Source: Ascoidea asiatica JCM 7603 (taxonomy: Eukaryota; Fungi; Ascomycota). From it: a DNA stretch of 64,000 bases. The stretch spans positions 921,820-985,819 of the forward strand of contig BCKQ01000005.1 of assembly GCA_001600695.1 (NCBI GenBank). Direction: 5' to 3'. A program made the translations under genes and the position numbers. The notes beneath the pieces are model-generated. The model did no database searches and was not told the origin of the DNA. It worked only from the letters and a program-made list of their open reading frames with translations. Positions 1 to 12,200 of this stretch are shown here, piece by piece (position 1 is the first letter of the stretch; each line of letters starts with the position of its first letter).

Positions 1-1539
1 TTTTTGTTTTGGAACAACTAATTTTAAATCTGTTATAATAATATTTGATCCACTACCAATAATATTCAATTGACTTATTTTATATGGAACTCTGGAATTA
101 TTATTACTTAATAACTTATTTAAAATATCTTCCAAAATTTTTTGAATATTAATATATCTTGAATCTTTTGTTGAAATTGAATGATCAATCAATTCATATA
201 TTGAATTTTTAATACCTTGAAAACCAGCTCTGATAATTAATATAGAAATTAATAAACCTCCAACTGAATCCATCCAGCCAATATTAAAAAAATATGCTGA
301 AGAGATTGCGAATAATGATACTGTTGATGTTAATCCATCAACTCTATGATGCCATGCATTTGCTAATAAAACTTTTGAATTTGTTTTTAAAGCAACTGAT
401 GATGTTAATCTATATAAACCTTCCTTAATTGCAATCGATGCAGCAGCTATGTAAGCTGCATTAATATTACTTATTTCTTTTGTAATTTCAATAAGTCCTT
501 CAGTATCATGATTATGATTAATATCATGAGAATGAGAATGAGAATGTCCGAAAGAAATAATTGAATTAATTGTATTCATAAAATCATGTGCAATAGTTGG
601 TAAAATTGGTGTTAAAATTTCAATTAATGATGACCAACCAATCGAAAGTCCTGCACTTAATAAAATTGTTGAAACTGTTAAACAACCTAAGGTTTCAATT
701 TTACCATAACCATTTGGATAATTTAAATTACAATTTTTATTACCAAAATTTACTGTAGATAATGTTAAAATATCTGAGATTAAATCATAAGTTGAATGAA
801 TTGCATCTGCAATTAAAACTTGTGAATGAAATATTATACCTCCCATACCTTTACTTACAGCTAAACCAATATTAGAAATTAAGCCAATGGCAGTTATTCT
901 AACTGCAGGATTTCTCCAATATTGCTTTGGAGTTGCATTAAGTAAAATCGATGTTGAAGAATGGCAATTGGTTCCAGGAGTATGAGTATGAGTATGAGTT
1001 AAAACTCCTGTTAAAGAAGTATTTGAATCAACACAATTATCATCATTATTAATGTTATTCAATTTAGTTGATGATTCAAATACAGATTCTGGATTTGGTA
1101 TTGAATCACCTGGGTTTTCATTTATATATTTATAACCACCTTTAACACCAAAAATTGCAATATCATTAGTTTCAGTTTCAGACTCTTTTAAATGAATATG
1201 ATCATCATGATTCTCAAAGGTATCATTATAGTCTAATTCTGAACCAGGTTTAGAATGTGAATGAGAGTGTCCATTATTTTCATGAGAATGAGAGTGTGAA
1301 TGGGAATGAGATTGAGGATCTATATTTGAGTGAGAGTGAGAATGAGAAGAAGAAGAAGCTGAGGAACCTGTTAATGGATAAGATTTCAAAGATTTAACAT
1401 TATTTAAAATTATTGAAGAAGTTGAAAATAAAGATTTATTTAATATGATTCGTCTTGATTTTGAAAAACTTTTATTAGTTCTTGAAATTGATCTAAAGGA
1501 AGCTAAAGAATTTGAAGGAAAGTAAATTGATCGTAACAT
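1..1539 (-). CDS. MMT1: Mitochondrial cation diffusion facilitator (iron/metal exporter), Mmt1/Mmt2 family; 3' end runs off the window
   Basis: Hand-translated from the ATG at 1539: basic/Ser-rich presequence MLRSIYFPSNSLASFRSISR, His-rich (HS)n tracts, and CDF motifs NPAVRITAIGL, ADAIHSTYDLISD, YPNGYGKIETLG and ANAWHHRVDGLTS. Adjacent to FPY1, as MMT1 (YMR177W) and FPY1 (YMR178W) are in S. cerevisiae. Absent from the ORF track. Confidence 0.9.
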   Translation of the reverse strand, partial: MLRSIYFPSNSLASFRSISRTNKSFSKSRRIILNKSLFSTSSIILNNVKSLKSYPLTGSSASSSSHSHSHSNIDPQSHSHSHSHSHENNGHSHSHSKPGSELDYNDTFENHDDHIHLKESETETNDIAIFGVKGGYKYINENPGDSIPNPESVFESSTKLNNINNDDNCVDSNTSLTGVLTHTHTHTPGTNCHSSTSILLNATPKQYWRNPAVRITAIGLISNIGLAVSKGMGGIIFHSQVLIADAIHSTYDLISDILTLSTVNFGNKNCNLNYPNGYGKIETLGCLTVSTILLSAGLSIGWSSLIEILTPILPTIAHDFMNTINSIISFGHSHSHSHDINHNHDTEGLIEITKEISNINAAYIAAASIAIKEGLYRLTSSVALKTNSKVLLANAWHHRVDGLTSTVSLFAISSAYFFNIGWMDSVGGLLISILIIRAGFQGIKNSIYELIDHSISTKDSRYINIQKILEDILNKLLSNNNSRVPYKISQLNIIGSGSNIIITDLKLVVPKQK

Positions 1540-2095
1540 TTTAACCAAGAAACGAAATGAATAATAATCTCCAAATGGTTTAATTTCTTCTTACTTCTTA
1601 CTTATATATATTTATATACCTAAATCAATGAAACTAAAAGAATGAAAAGAATTAAACGAAGAAAAGTGATGAAAGTTATAAAGTTTTTCAAAGGTGTATG
1701 GCTAAATCCTGAATTTTTATTCTTGGTTCTGTTTTTTTAATTGTTGATAGTGGTGTTAGGGACCTAAATCTGGAATAAGTGTGGCGGATGTGAGGCACTG
1801 TCTTCGGAGTTTGAGCGGTTCGAGTTTAAGGAAAGTACAGCGCGGGGTAATAGCACAGCCAATGAACTCCCTTTACTGAGCCACGCAGGGGCAATCACCA
1901 GTACCACTTCCATGGTACACTAACCACACTGGTATTATTTCCACCGACGACTTCTTCTCAGATTTGAATTGTTTCTTGTTTGTTATTCTGTTCCTCGAAG
2001 TGATTGTGGTTTTGTTGGTTCTGGTGGTTTTGGTGATTCTGAATTCTAAAGTGTTTCATATTCATTCGGAAACTATCAATAGTCAAATTATTTTT

Positions 2096-3019
2096 ATGTC
2101 AGCTTTAACTTCTCTCACTGCTCTAACTCCTTTAAAAACTGCTGCAACTTCTCCTTTAATTAGAACAGCAGCTGCTTTAATCATTGGTGATGAAGTTTTA
2201 AATGGAAAAATTTCAGATACAAATAGTAAATTTTTTGCGAAGTACTGTTTTAATTTAGGTATTGAACTTAAAAAAATCATTGTAATTGGTGATGAAGAAA
2301 ATGATATAATTGAAAGCATTAATTCACTTTCAAAAAAATTTGATTTTATTGTAACTTCTGGTGGTATTGGTACAACTCATGATGATATAACTTATGATTC
2401 AATTGCAAAAGCATTTAATTTGAATTTAGTTTTAAATGAATATGCTGAAAAAAGAATGAATTCTTTAAGAAAAAATAAAAATGATAAAAATATTTTCACA
2501 AAAGAACAAAAATTAGCTCAATTAAGAATGGTTACTTTACCAATACCATTTAATAATGATAATAAATCCAATGTTTTAAACTATTATGTTGATGAAAATT
2601 CTTGGGTTCCAATAACTTCAATTAATCATAAAGTTTTTATTTTACCTGGGGTTCCACAATTATTTCAATCTTTACTTAATGGTTTAAAGCCATATATTTC
2701 TTTAAGATTATCAAAAAATTCTAATGAGAATTTTAAAAGATTATATATTAAAACTACTAAAAGAGAATCTCAAATGGCTCCATTATTATCTTCTTTACAA
2801 TTGAAATATGATAATGATTTAGGTATTGGAAAAATTAAGATTGGTAGTTATCCTCATATGGGTCTTCAAATTAATACTGTAAGCATTATTGGTAGAGAAA
2901 TTCATTTAAAACATTTAAATGATATTGCTTCTTTTTGTATAAAGGAATTCGATGGTACTCAAATTTCTGAGGAAGAAGAAAATGAAATGAGCAATAATAG
3001 AGATTCAATTAAATTGTAA
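2096..3019 (+). CDS. FPY1: Molybdopterin-binding/CinA-like domain protein (FAD pyrophosphatase Fpy1/YMR178W-like)
   Basis: Motifs IIGDEVLNGKISDTNS, TSGGIGTTHDDITY and ILPGVP. The first ATG is at 2096; the ORF track start at 1964 is a TTG. Confidence 0.85.
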   Translation: MSALTSLTALTPLKTAATSPLIRTAAALIIGDEVLNGKISDTNSKFFAKYCFNLGIELKKIIVIGDEENDIIESINSLSKKFDFIVTSGGIGTTHDDITYDSIAKAFNLNLVLNEYAEKRMNSLRKNKNDKNIFTKEQKLAQLRMVTLPIPFNNDNKSNVLNYYVDENSWVPITSINHKVFILPGVPQLFQSLLNGLKPYISLRLSKNSNENFKRLYIKTTKRESQMAPLLSSLQLKYDNDLGIGKIKIGSYPHMGLQINTVSIIGREIHLKHLNDIASFCIKEFDGTQISEEEENEMSNNRDSIKL

Positions 3020-3679
3020 TCATAAATATAAATCAATATAAATATAAATAAAAATAGAAAAGCATTTTAGTTTATATCTAATTAACATTACTTTCTGTTT
3101 TGCGTCATAGTTTTAAAGCTTAACTTTAGCACGTGCATTATCCCATGATCGGGATATCTTTATTGAAAAAGTAAAAAAAGATTCTGTCTCGAGAAATGAT
3201 TAACATATCTAAGATCAACAAGTATTACTCTTTGTTACCTTCGTAGTTGGGATACTTTTTCTTTTGGCTAACACCACAAAGAATAAAGAATAAAAATGAA
3301 CCCTTTTTTTTAAAATACTTATGCTATTCACTGTAAATACAAATCTGTATCATTGCAAATACTGGTGCTACAAATAATGTTACACATAAAAGCTTTAAAT
3401 ATTTTTAGTATTGAATTAATCTCTTTTGACTTTTATGATTTAAATAATTTGAAAATTCAATAAGTTATTAAGACTGTAGTACTGTACATTAGCACTTAAT
3501 TTTACACCCCACATTTAATAAATACTTTTTATTTACCACCACAGCTCTACGATTAAATGTAATATGGTCTTAGTAAATTATGTGGTCAAATAAAAATCAT
3601 TTAATCAATAAAAATTCACCATTTGTTGGATCTTATTATCATCTCAATTTATTGAAGATGATTATTAAAAAACAAAAGC

Positions 3680-4218
3680 AAAAATTACTTTAATGGTGAA
3701 GAAAGCATTTTCGAAAGTCAATTTAAATTCCTTTGTTTCTCATGAATATTATTGAATTCTTTCATCACTGGGGTATCTGAAAAAAGTATTTTCTTTTTTT
3801 TTTTAAACTCAAATAAATCCAACTTAAAACATTTGAAATCAGGAACACCATCAACAACAATTCATATTATTACTTAATTTTCAATACTTCCTTGGTTGAT
3901 AGAGAATTAAACTTTATTGTACCTGTTTAAATTTAACTCCTTCAGTGTTTGAGAAGAATATTTGCTACTTTTAAGGTTCTACCGAATTCCTGGTCTCTCT
4001 GTCTCAACTGAAAATCTTCGGTAACTTTACGTAGCTTGCCAACCAATATTTTTATTAATGCTTTCTCTTTGTTTCTACCAGTTGATAACTTGTTTATTTC
4101 ATTTCAAATTCATTTCCAATTCATTTGAATTTCCCTGTGTTTCTTTGATAAAATTTTGAAAGGCTTTGAAATTCTTATTGATATCATCTTGAGTTAACGT
4201 TATTTGAAATATTAACAT
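3680..4218 (-). pseudogene. Possible decayed coding relic of unknown origin
   Basis: Consecutive protein-like segments on the minus strand broken by stops and frameshifts (see findings). No homolog recognised. Confidence 0.25.
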
Positions 4219-5103
4219 TCTAGATTTTATTCACGAGAATGTCTTGGTAAATCCGGTATAAAACCACTTTTTCAAAGCAATTTTATTAAAAAAATGTAAT
4301 TTTTCAATAATAATAATGAAATAAAATGAATGGAAACTTCAAAGAGTTTGTCATTATCATTATTAAGCCAAATTCTTGACCTGGGCTATGTTGTTTAAGC
4401 TACATTTCTTTCTTCTACAGTAATATCACACTTTTTTGCTCATAATAATTTATCAAATTGGCAAAAAGGAACCTTGCAAATTTACAATTACAATTATGTG
4501 CCTGAGTTAATCTGATAAAGTGTACAGTAGTTAATTAGTAACATACCTCCAACTAAGTTAGATTACTTTTTACAATACTTAAATTTTTTTACACTTTAAC
4601 TTAATCCTAGTTTATAAATTTATATATAAACTTGATCTTATTCTTCGATTTTTTATATATTCATTTTTCTTCTTTCTTTTTTTTCTTCATTTTATTCATT
4701 ATAAAAAAATTAACATACAATAATCAATCTGATATAATATCAAATAGAAAAATCTTTATATTTTTATATACTTATAAATTATAATTATTTTTAGTCATTC
4801 CTTTTAAACTAATTAACTAACTTTCATTCATTCATTTAAAATAAAATTTTACATTCTAAAATTTTTATTATCAATCATATTTTTCTTTTTTTGTTTATTT
4901 ACATAAAAAAAAATATTTCCTAATTTGAAAAAAATATATTATCATTTAAACTTAATTAGCTTTTCTGAAAAATTTATAGTTAAATATTAGCATTAAATAT
5001 CAATTATTAAATATTAATCAATTTATTAATTTTTCTAGTCAATTTTCGAACTTATCAAATCAAATCAATTTAAAATTCCAATTATTAAACTCATTATTTC
5101 AAA

Positions 5104-6018
5104 ATGCAATTAAATCCAGCATATTTAGCTATCTTACTTCCAGTTATATCCGCAGCACCAGCTGTTGTTACCAACTACTACACCGAAACTGCTTTAGAAA
5201 CTGTTTGGGAAACAGAAATTGCAACTGCCGCTGAAACTACATCAAGCTCCCCACCACCAGCTCAAACTCAATGGGCTACTGTTTATGTTGATCAATTCGG
5301 TAATCCAATTAATGATTTCTCAGGCTCTATGCAATATGGTGAAGCATCTTCAGCTGAAACTACTACAGAAGCCGCAACCACTTCTTCTACCGAAGCAGCT
5401 ACCACCTCTTCAACTTCGACAACTGAAGAAGCCACCACTTCTTCCACTTCAACTACAGCTGTTGAAACAACTTCAACAGAAGCTGAACTTGAAGTAGCTG
5501 CTGTGACCACTTCCAGTACTTCTTCCGTCGCTTCAACTACCAGTGCTACTTCTACTACTGCTTCTACCACAGCAGCTTCTACATCTGGATTAGATTCTTT
5601 CAATGCTGCTTTATTAAGTGTTCATAATGAAAAAAGAGCTTTACATGGTGTTAGTGATTTAGCTTGGAATGCAACATTAGCTACTTATGCCCAAAACTAT
5701 GCTGATAATTGGTCATGTCCTTCTGATGGTACCTTAACTCATTCTGGAGGTCCATATGGTGAAAATTTAGCTGAAGGCTATAATTCCACTGAAACTGTTA
5801 AAGCTTGGTATGATGAAATTTCTGATTATGATTTTAGTAATCCAGGTTTTGGTGAATCAACTGGTCATTTCACTCAAGTTGTTTGGAAATCTTCCTCAAC
5901 CGTCGGTTGTGGTTATAAAGATTGTGATAATACCTGGGGTATATTTGTTATCTGTTCATATTACACACCTGGTAATTATATTGGCGAATTTGAAGAAAAT
6001 GTCTTAGCATTAGTTTAG
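5104..6018 (+). CDS. PRY1: Secreted CAP/SCP/PR-1 family protein (Pry1/Pry2-like sterol binder)
   Basis: Signal peptide, Ser/Thr-rich stalk, and CAP motifs HNEKRALH, YGENLA and GHFTQVVW. Close to SCP160, as in S. cerevisiae. The exact paralog is uncertain. Confidence 0.88.
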   Translation: MQLNPAYLAILLPVISAAPAVVTNYYTETALETVWETEIATAAETTSSSPPPAQTQWATVYVDQFGNPINDFSGSMQYGEASSAETTTEAATTSSTEAATTSSTSTTEEATTSSTSTTAVETTSTEAELEVAAVTTSSTSSVASTTSATSTTASTTAASTSGLDSFNAALLSVHNEKRALHGVSDLAWNATLATYAQNYADNWSCPSDGTLTHSGGPYGENLAEGYNSTETVKAWYDEISDYDFSNPGFGESTGHFTQVVWKSSSTVGCGYKDCDNTWGIFVICSYYTPGNYIGEFEENVLALV

Positions 6019-6505
6019 TTTAGCTTATTCTTAATAATTTTTTCAATCGAGATTTATTTTTGGTCGGGTATTCTTTATAGTGTTTTCTTTTATATAGGTA
6101 AGTATTTCAGGAGAACTTTGAAAATATTTTTTATTTAAAATTTTTATATTTCATTTTGTAATTATTAAACTTCTTCTCTATTGTAGAGTCAACCTACTGA
6201 TTCAATTATACAACCTACAAAATTGGGCTAATTAAATCTTCAAAAATGGATTTAGGAGGGTATATTTTTATAAGAAACTATTATTTTTCTTGACCAGTTT
6301 CTAGGCTTCGCATATTGATTATGATGGAATTGGGAAAAAACCATAACAATTACTTAAGTATTCTTACCTTTAGGCAATTCTCGCTTCTACTGCCAAAGCA
6401 ACTCCAGAAATACGGTGCTCCTCTCACTTTGTTATCAGTGGGTTTTGAGCCCTGGATGCACGACTCAACGCCACACGCATAAAAGAAGCAAAATATTATA
6501 AAAGC

Positions 6506-6512
6506 CGGGTAA
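6506..6512. promoter_or_regulatory. Reb1-type site (CGGGTAA) in the RPL4 promoter
   Basis: Exact TTACCCG on the minus strand, about 200 bp upstream of the RPL4 ATG, next to TATAAAAG. Confidence 0.45.
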
Positions 6513-6715
6513 CAAGTTTTTCATTTTTCAAAGAAAGAAAATTTTACACTTTCAAGATTCACCCTTTTAGTTGAATGATTCTTTCATAACAATATTAAAC
6601 AGTTTTAATCATTATTGTAATTTCATATAAATTAAAATTTTTAATCAATTAATCATCTGTATAATATATATATATATCTAATCAATATAAAATCAAATCA
6701 TAGAAACAATTCAAG

Positions 6716-7774
6716 ATGTCTTCTCGTCCTCAAGTTACTGTTATTTCCGTTGATGGAAAATCAACCTCCACTGCCTTACCATTACCAGCTGTTTTTTCAG
6801 CTCCAATTCGTCCAGATATTGTTCATTCTGTTTTTACCAGAATTAATAAAAATAAACGTCAAGCTTATTCCGTATCTGTTGTTGCTGGTAAACAAGTCTC
6901 AGCTGAATCATGGGGTACTGGTAGAGCTGTTGCTCGTATTCCAAGAGTTGGTGGTTCTGGTACTCACAGAGCTGGTCAAGCTGCCTTTGGTAATATGTGT
7001 CGTGGTGGTCGTATGTTTGCTCCAACTAAAACATGGAGAAAATGGAATGTTAAAGTAAATCATAATGAAAAACGTTATGCTACTGCTTCAGCAATTGCTG
7101 CTTCAGCTGTTGCTCCATTAGTTTTAGCTAGAGGTCATAAAATTGAAACTGTACCAGAGATTCCTTTGGTTGTTTCTAATGAAATTGAATCTGTTAAAAA
7201 AACAAAAGATGCTGTTGCTATTTTAAAAGCCGTTGGTGCTCACAGAGATGTTATCAAGGTTATTAATTCAAAAACTTTACGTGCTGGTAAAGGTAAAATG
7301 AGAAATAGAAGATTTACTCAAAGAAGAGGTCCATTAGTTGTTTACGCTGAAGATAATGGTGTCGTCAAAGCTTTCAGAAATATTCCTGGTGTTGAAACTA
7401 TTTCAGTTACTGCTTTAGGTTTATTACAATTAGCTCCAGGTGCTCATTTAGGTAGATTTATTATCTGGTCTCATGCTGCTTTTGCTTCTTTAGATGCCAT
7501 CTATGCTATCCCATCTAACATTGTATTAAATTCAGATGTTACTAGAATTATTAATTCTACTGAAATTCAATCTGTTGTTAGAAAAGCTGGTCAAGCTACT
7601 CAAAAAAGATCTTCTACTCAAAAGAAAAATCCTTTAAATAACAAACAAATCTTAGCTAAAATTAACCCATATGCTAAAGCTTATGCTGCCAAAAAACTTG
7701 GTTCTCAAAAAGTTGCTGCTTCTAAAAGTAAACCTTCAAAAGGTTTCTTTGAAAAAGTTTTAAAAGAATTTTAA
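6716..7774 (+). CDS. RPL4: 60S ribosomal protein uL4
   Basis: [39 protein letters not shown]; strong codon bias. Confidence 0.98.
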   Translation: MSSRPQVTVISVDGKSTSTALPLPAVFSAPIRPDIVHSVFTRINKNKRQAYSVSVVAGKQVSAESWGTGRAVARIPRVGGSGTHRAGQAAFGNMCRGGRMFAPTKTWRKWNVKVNHNEKRYATASAIAASAVAPLVLARGHKIETVPEIPLVVSNEIESVKKTKDAVAILKAVGAHRDVIKVINSKTLRAGKGKMRNRRFTQRRGPLVVYAEDNGVVKAFRNIPGVETISVTALGLLQLAPGAHLGRFIIWSHAAFASLDAIYAIPSNIVLNSDVTRIINSTEIQSVVRKAGQATQKRSSTQKKNPLNNKQILAKINPYAKAYAAKKLGSQKVAASKSKPSKGFFEKVLKEF

Positions 7775-8208
7775 GTTGATTTGCTTTTAAAAGATAAAAA
7801 AAAAAGTTTTGTTAAAATATATATAGTAATTTATTCGTTAAAATTAAAAATATAATAATTGTTATTGTGTTTTACTAAGTTTTATTTCTATGCTCTAAAA
7901 GTTTTGTAGACTGTTAATTTCATTTGATTTGAAAAAGCATAATAAAACAATAAATAATTGATTCATATTATAAACGGTAAGCTAGGTTAAAAGCAACGAA
8001 TGAATAATCACGTGATACTCAAAATTTCTTTATTTTTCCTTTAAAGAAACACTTATTTTCATAGTTGTAAACCTTCAAAAGATTTGGTATTGGAAGAAAA
8101 TAAAGTAATTGATAGGCCTTTTTCAGAAACTAAAATATTCATATCAATAAAACTGTAATTGCAAACCAATTTCAGTATAATTCTAATAAATCATTTTACT
8201 TTTCAAGA

Positions 8209-8739
8209 ATGGTAAGTTCATATTTTTAACGTTTCTCTCTTTTGTTTTTTTTTGTTCCTGACTGTGAAACTAACTTGTTTTTATTTTGATTTTAATTTTT
8301 ATTTTTTTTGAATTTAAAATAGGCCCATAGACTACTAGCCAATGTTTCTAAACTTTTATTTACTTCAGCCAAGGTTTTTGGCGCTGCTTTCACTAGTGCC
8401 TATAAACAAGCTGCTGTTGCATCTGCTGCTCGTCAGACCTCTGCCTATACCGCTAATCCAAATATATCAAAGGCTCAGAAACGAATAAATGATAGTGGTA
8501 TAGAAATCAATGAATCATATCAGATTTTAGATATAGACCCGACAAAAGATGCTCTTAATAAAGAGAAAATAAAAGAAAGATATGATTATCTATTTAATAT
8601 CAATTCTAAAGAAAAAGGTGGTAGTTTCTATCTTCAGAGCAAAATATACAGAGCTATGGAGAGATTGAAATTAGAAGCAGAAATAAAGGAAGAAATGCTT
8701 AGAGAACATGTTAAGGCTAATAAATCTAAATCCACTTAG
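8209..8739 (+). CDS. PAM16: Mitochondrial import motor J-like subunit Pam16/Tim16; spliced: exon 1 8209-8211 (ATG only), intron 8212-8322, exon 2 8323-8739
   Basis: ATG|GTAAGT donor, AACTAAC branch, TAG acceptor. Spliced product MAHRLLANV...VFGAAFTSAYKQA...ESYQILDI...KEKGGSFYLQSKIYRAMERL. Confidence 0.93.
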
Positions 8740-9217
8740 GCACAAAAACTACAATAGTTAAAATATTTCAGAATATATAATAGAATCTTGTAAATAATTA
8801 ATCCTCATTCACTAATTTATCATTATAGTAATATTGTAATATCAATACCAGTTTTGATTTCAAGAAAGACCCTCGGATATTTTATTTGATCACATGATTT
8901 AAGGCTTGTCTTAGGCCAGATCATCTTTCTCTTCGGTGAGATATTTCACCTAACACTTTGATATACAAGAAATCAATATGATAAGTTATTAATTTATCAA
9001 ACAATATTTTTTCAAATAAACAACCAAACTATTAACTACAGTTTCTTTGATTGATTGCAATACTGATTCTATTATTCCTATCCCACTAGCTCAAACATTT
9101 ATTTGATTGTCTTAGTGTGCCCGTTTGTGTGAATTCTAATCAATTTTCTATTTTATTCTTTTTTAAAAAAGTGTATTTCCTCGATATTATTCATTTATCA
9201 TCAATCTATTTTTTAAA

Positions 9218-12200
9218 ATGGCTACCCCCGCTGAAAAATTAGCAGCAGCTCATGCTGCTCTTAGCTCTGCTTCAACTTCTACGTCTAACATCACTGCTGA
9301 TTCTGATACTTTTTCATACACTCCTGCCTCAGTTGCTGCACTTGATTCTGATTATGAGTCTGATAATGATAGCAAAATTGTTCCTGAAAAGTCGACTCCT
9401 GTTGTAGCTCCTTCTATTAGTGATGAAAAATTCTTTCCTGCTTTAGGTTCTGTTCCAACTTCTGCTTCTAAACCAATTTGGGGTCCAAAAATGAAACCTG
9501 GCAAATCAGTTTCAATTAATGGTAAATCTGTTTCAAGCTCTTCTTCCGGATCTTCTTTTAGTAAATCTATTCCTATGAGGTCAAGACATATCCAAGAAGC
9601 TTTTTCTTTGGATTTCAAAGATCTTTTAGTATTATCTTCAAAAATTGAATTAGGAAAAATGTTAACTGATATTAAACTGGAATCTCAATGTAATATTGAA
9701 TGCACTTCTTCTCAACAAACTAAAAAAAGAACTTTTTTAATCACTGGAGAACCAAAAAACACTTTAATTGCCAGAAAATTAATTTTCAGAAAATTTACTA
9801 AACCTGTTAAAAATGAATTTCTTATTCCTGCTAAAACTAGATCTATTGTCATTGGTTCCGGAGGAAGAAACTTAAAACCAATTTTAGAGAAGTATGATGT
9901 CAAGGTTAACATTGGTAAAGTTGAAAAAGGTTTTGATTCAAAGGAAGGAACTCCACTTTCTGATCCTGAATTACTCAATGGTGGTAACCAGGAAAATGGT
10001 GATAATGAAGGACTTGAAAATATTTTTGGTGAACAAATTACTGTGACTATTGAAGGTGATATTCAAGGTGTTGCTGATGCTAGAAGAGATATTGAAGCTA
10101 TTGTTAATGAACATAATAAATCCTTAACTGCAAAATTAAAAATAGATTCATTAATTACCCCTTTTATTGAACATGAAATCACTAACAGTTCTAATTTAAA
10201 TTTATCAGATATTGATTTAACTTACCCAAATTCAAATTCAACCTCTTCTTTTATCAAATTAGTTGGTCCAAGAGAAGAATTAGTCAAAGCTGTCGATGAA
10301 ATAAAAACTTTAGCAAAAAATTTAGCACCTAAAATTAAGGTTGAAGCAAAGAAAGTCCCTAAGAAACTACATAAATTCATTGATTCTGCAAAAATTTTCA
10401 AAGAATTAAATGTTATTGTTGAAATTCCCTCAGAAATGACTTCCGATGATGTAGTAAAATTCATTGGTGACTCTTCAAAGATTAATGAAGCTATTTCAAA
10501 AGCTAGAGAATCATCTTCAAATTATTCTTTTATTGCAATTAATATTGCTCGAGCTCATGGTGGAAATGTTAATCATGCTAGAAACTTAGCAATTTACCTC
10601 AAACATTCTGAAATCCTTGATCGTATTGCTGAAGAAACAGGCAGCCAAATTTTTGCTCCTTCTTATGACAACTTAGTTAATGAAGACTTAACTGAAGTTA
10701 ATATTGAAATTGTTGCTTCTAAATCAGATGAAAATGTTTCTGAAATATTTAAACGTGCTAAAACTGCTATTGTTGATGAGGTCAATAAAATTCCACCTAA
10801 ATCTACTTACTCTATCAATGATATTGATTATTTTTTCCAAGATCAAATTTTGCCTACCGTTGAAAAACTTGCTTCTGATTTAAGAGTTTCTGTTATTCCT
10901 TTAGGACAACTGACAGCTGAAGTTAAATCTGATTTAATTCTATTAGTTTCTTTACCTATGGAAAATCGTGATGATTTTGGTCCTACTGATGATGAAGTCA
11001 AAGATAAATTCGATCAAATTAATAAATTGTTAGAAAAATTTAGAGAAGAAGGTAAAGATATTATTTCTGAAATTTTGGAAGTTCCTGCTGAAGAGCACTC
11101 CAATATCAAAGGACCTAATGATACTACACTTAAATCTCTTATATTATCTGTTGGTAAAATTGATATTACTTTTTCATCACCTAGTCCAAATGAAATTACA
11201 ATTCATGGGTTAAAGAAAGATGTTGAAAAAATTTGTACTGAAATGAAACAAATTTTACAAGACGCTAAAGATTATAAAGAAGCTTCAGCATATTTCACTG
11301 AATTTTCATTACCTTCTGAAGTTTTATCTAGATTGATTGGTAAAGGAGGAGCTAACCTTAAAGTACTTCAAGAAGAATTTGGAGTTAGTATTGATGTTGA
11401 AGATCTTGAATCAAAGAATTCCAAAGAAGCAAATGTTAAAATTACTGGTATTAAAAGAAATGCTGAAGAAGCCAAAACTAAAATCATTACATTAGGTAAA
11501 CAATGGGCGGATGAAAAGACAATAATGATTTCAATTCCAGTAAGATATCAAAGAAAAATTATTGGTAAAAACTGGGCACATGTAAATAGACTTCAAGATA
11601 AATATAATGTTAGAATTAGATTTCCAAAACCAGATTCAGAAAAAGTTGAAGATGTTCAAATTCGTGGACCATCTAAAGGTGTTAAAAAAACTGAAGAAGA
11701 ATTAAAAGAACTTTTAGATTATGAGATTGAAAATGGAATGAAGAAAAAAATCACAGTACCAACTAAAGCTCTATCAAGAATTATTGGTAAAGGAGGTAAT
11801 AATTTAAATTCTTTGAGAGATGAATATGGAGCAGATATTAATATCGATCATAGTAATGATGGAGAAGAAAAAGAAGAAACTTCCATTGAAATTGTCGGAT
11901 CATCAGAAAGTTTAAGAGAAATTGAAAAACAAATCAAATTAATTGTTAAAGAAGTCGAAAATTATGTCGAAGAAGAAATTGAAGTTGATCCAAAATTCCA
12001 TAGACTTCTTATTGGAAGAAATGGTGCAACTCGTAAAGAGATAATCGCTAAAGCAGGTGGATCAGATGAAGATTCATCTAGATTACTTCACGTTCCTTTA
12101 CAAAATTCAGGATCTAAAATTATTTCATTGCATGGTGATAAAGCAGTTGTTAAGAAAATTCTTGCAGAAGTTAAATCAATTGTTTCTAAAGCCGAAAAAA

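Noticed and set aside
1817-1827. B-box-like GGTTCGA (similar at 28294 and 55894)
   Set aside because: No cloverleaf or A-box, so not tRNA genes.
1964-2095. Hydrophobic N-terminal extension of FPY1 in the ORF track
   Set aside because: It starts at a TTG and is T-rich leader sequence; homology begins after the ATG at 2096.
3008-3019. C-terminal -IKL of Fpy1 as a peroxisomal signal
   Set aside because: Ile at position -3 is not a standard PTS1 residue, and I have no other support.
8007-8130. ATCACGTG plus an AT-rich tract as a point centromere (similar at 51030)
   Set aside because: No CDEIII (TTCCGAA) at a suitable distance; these sit in ordinary promoters.
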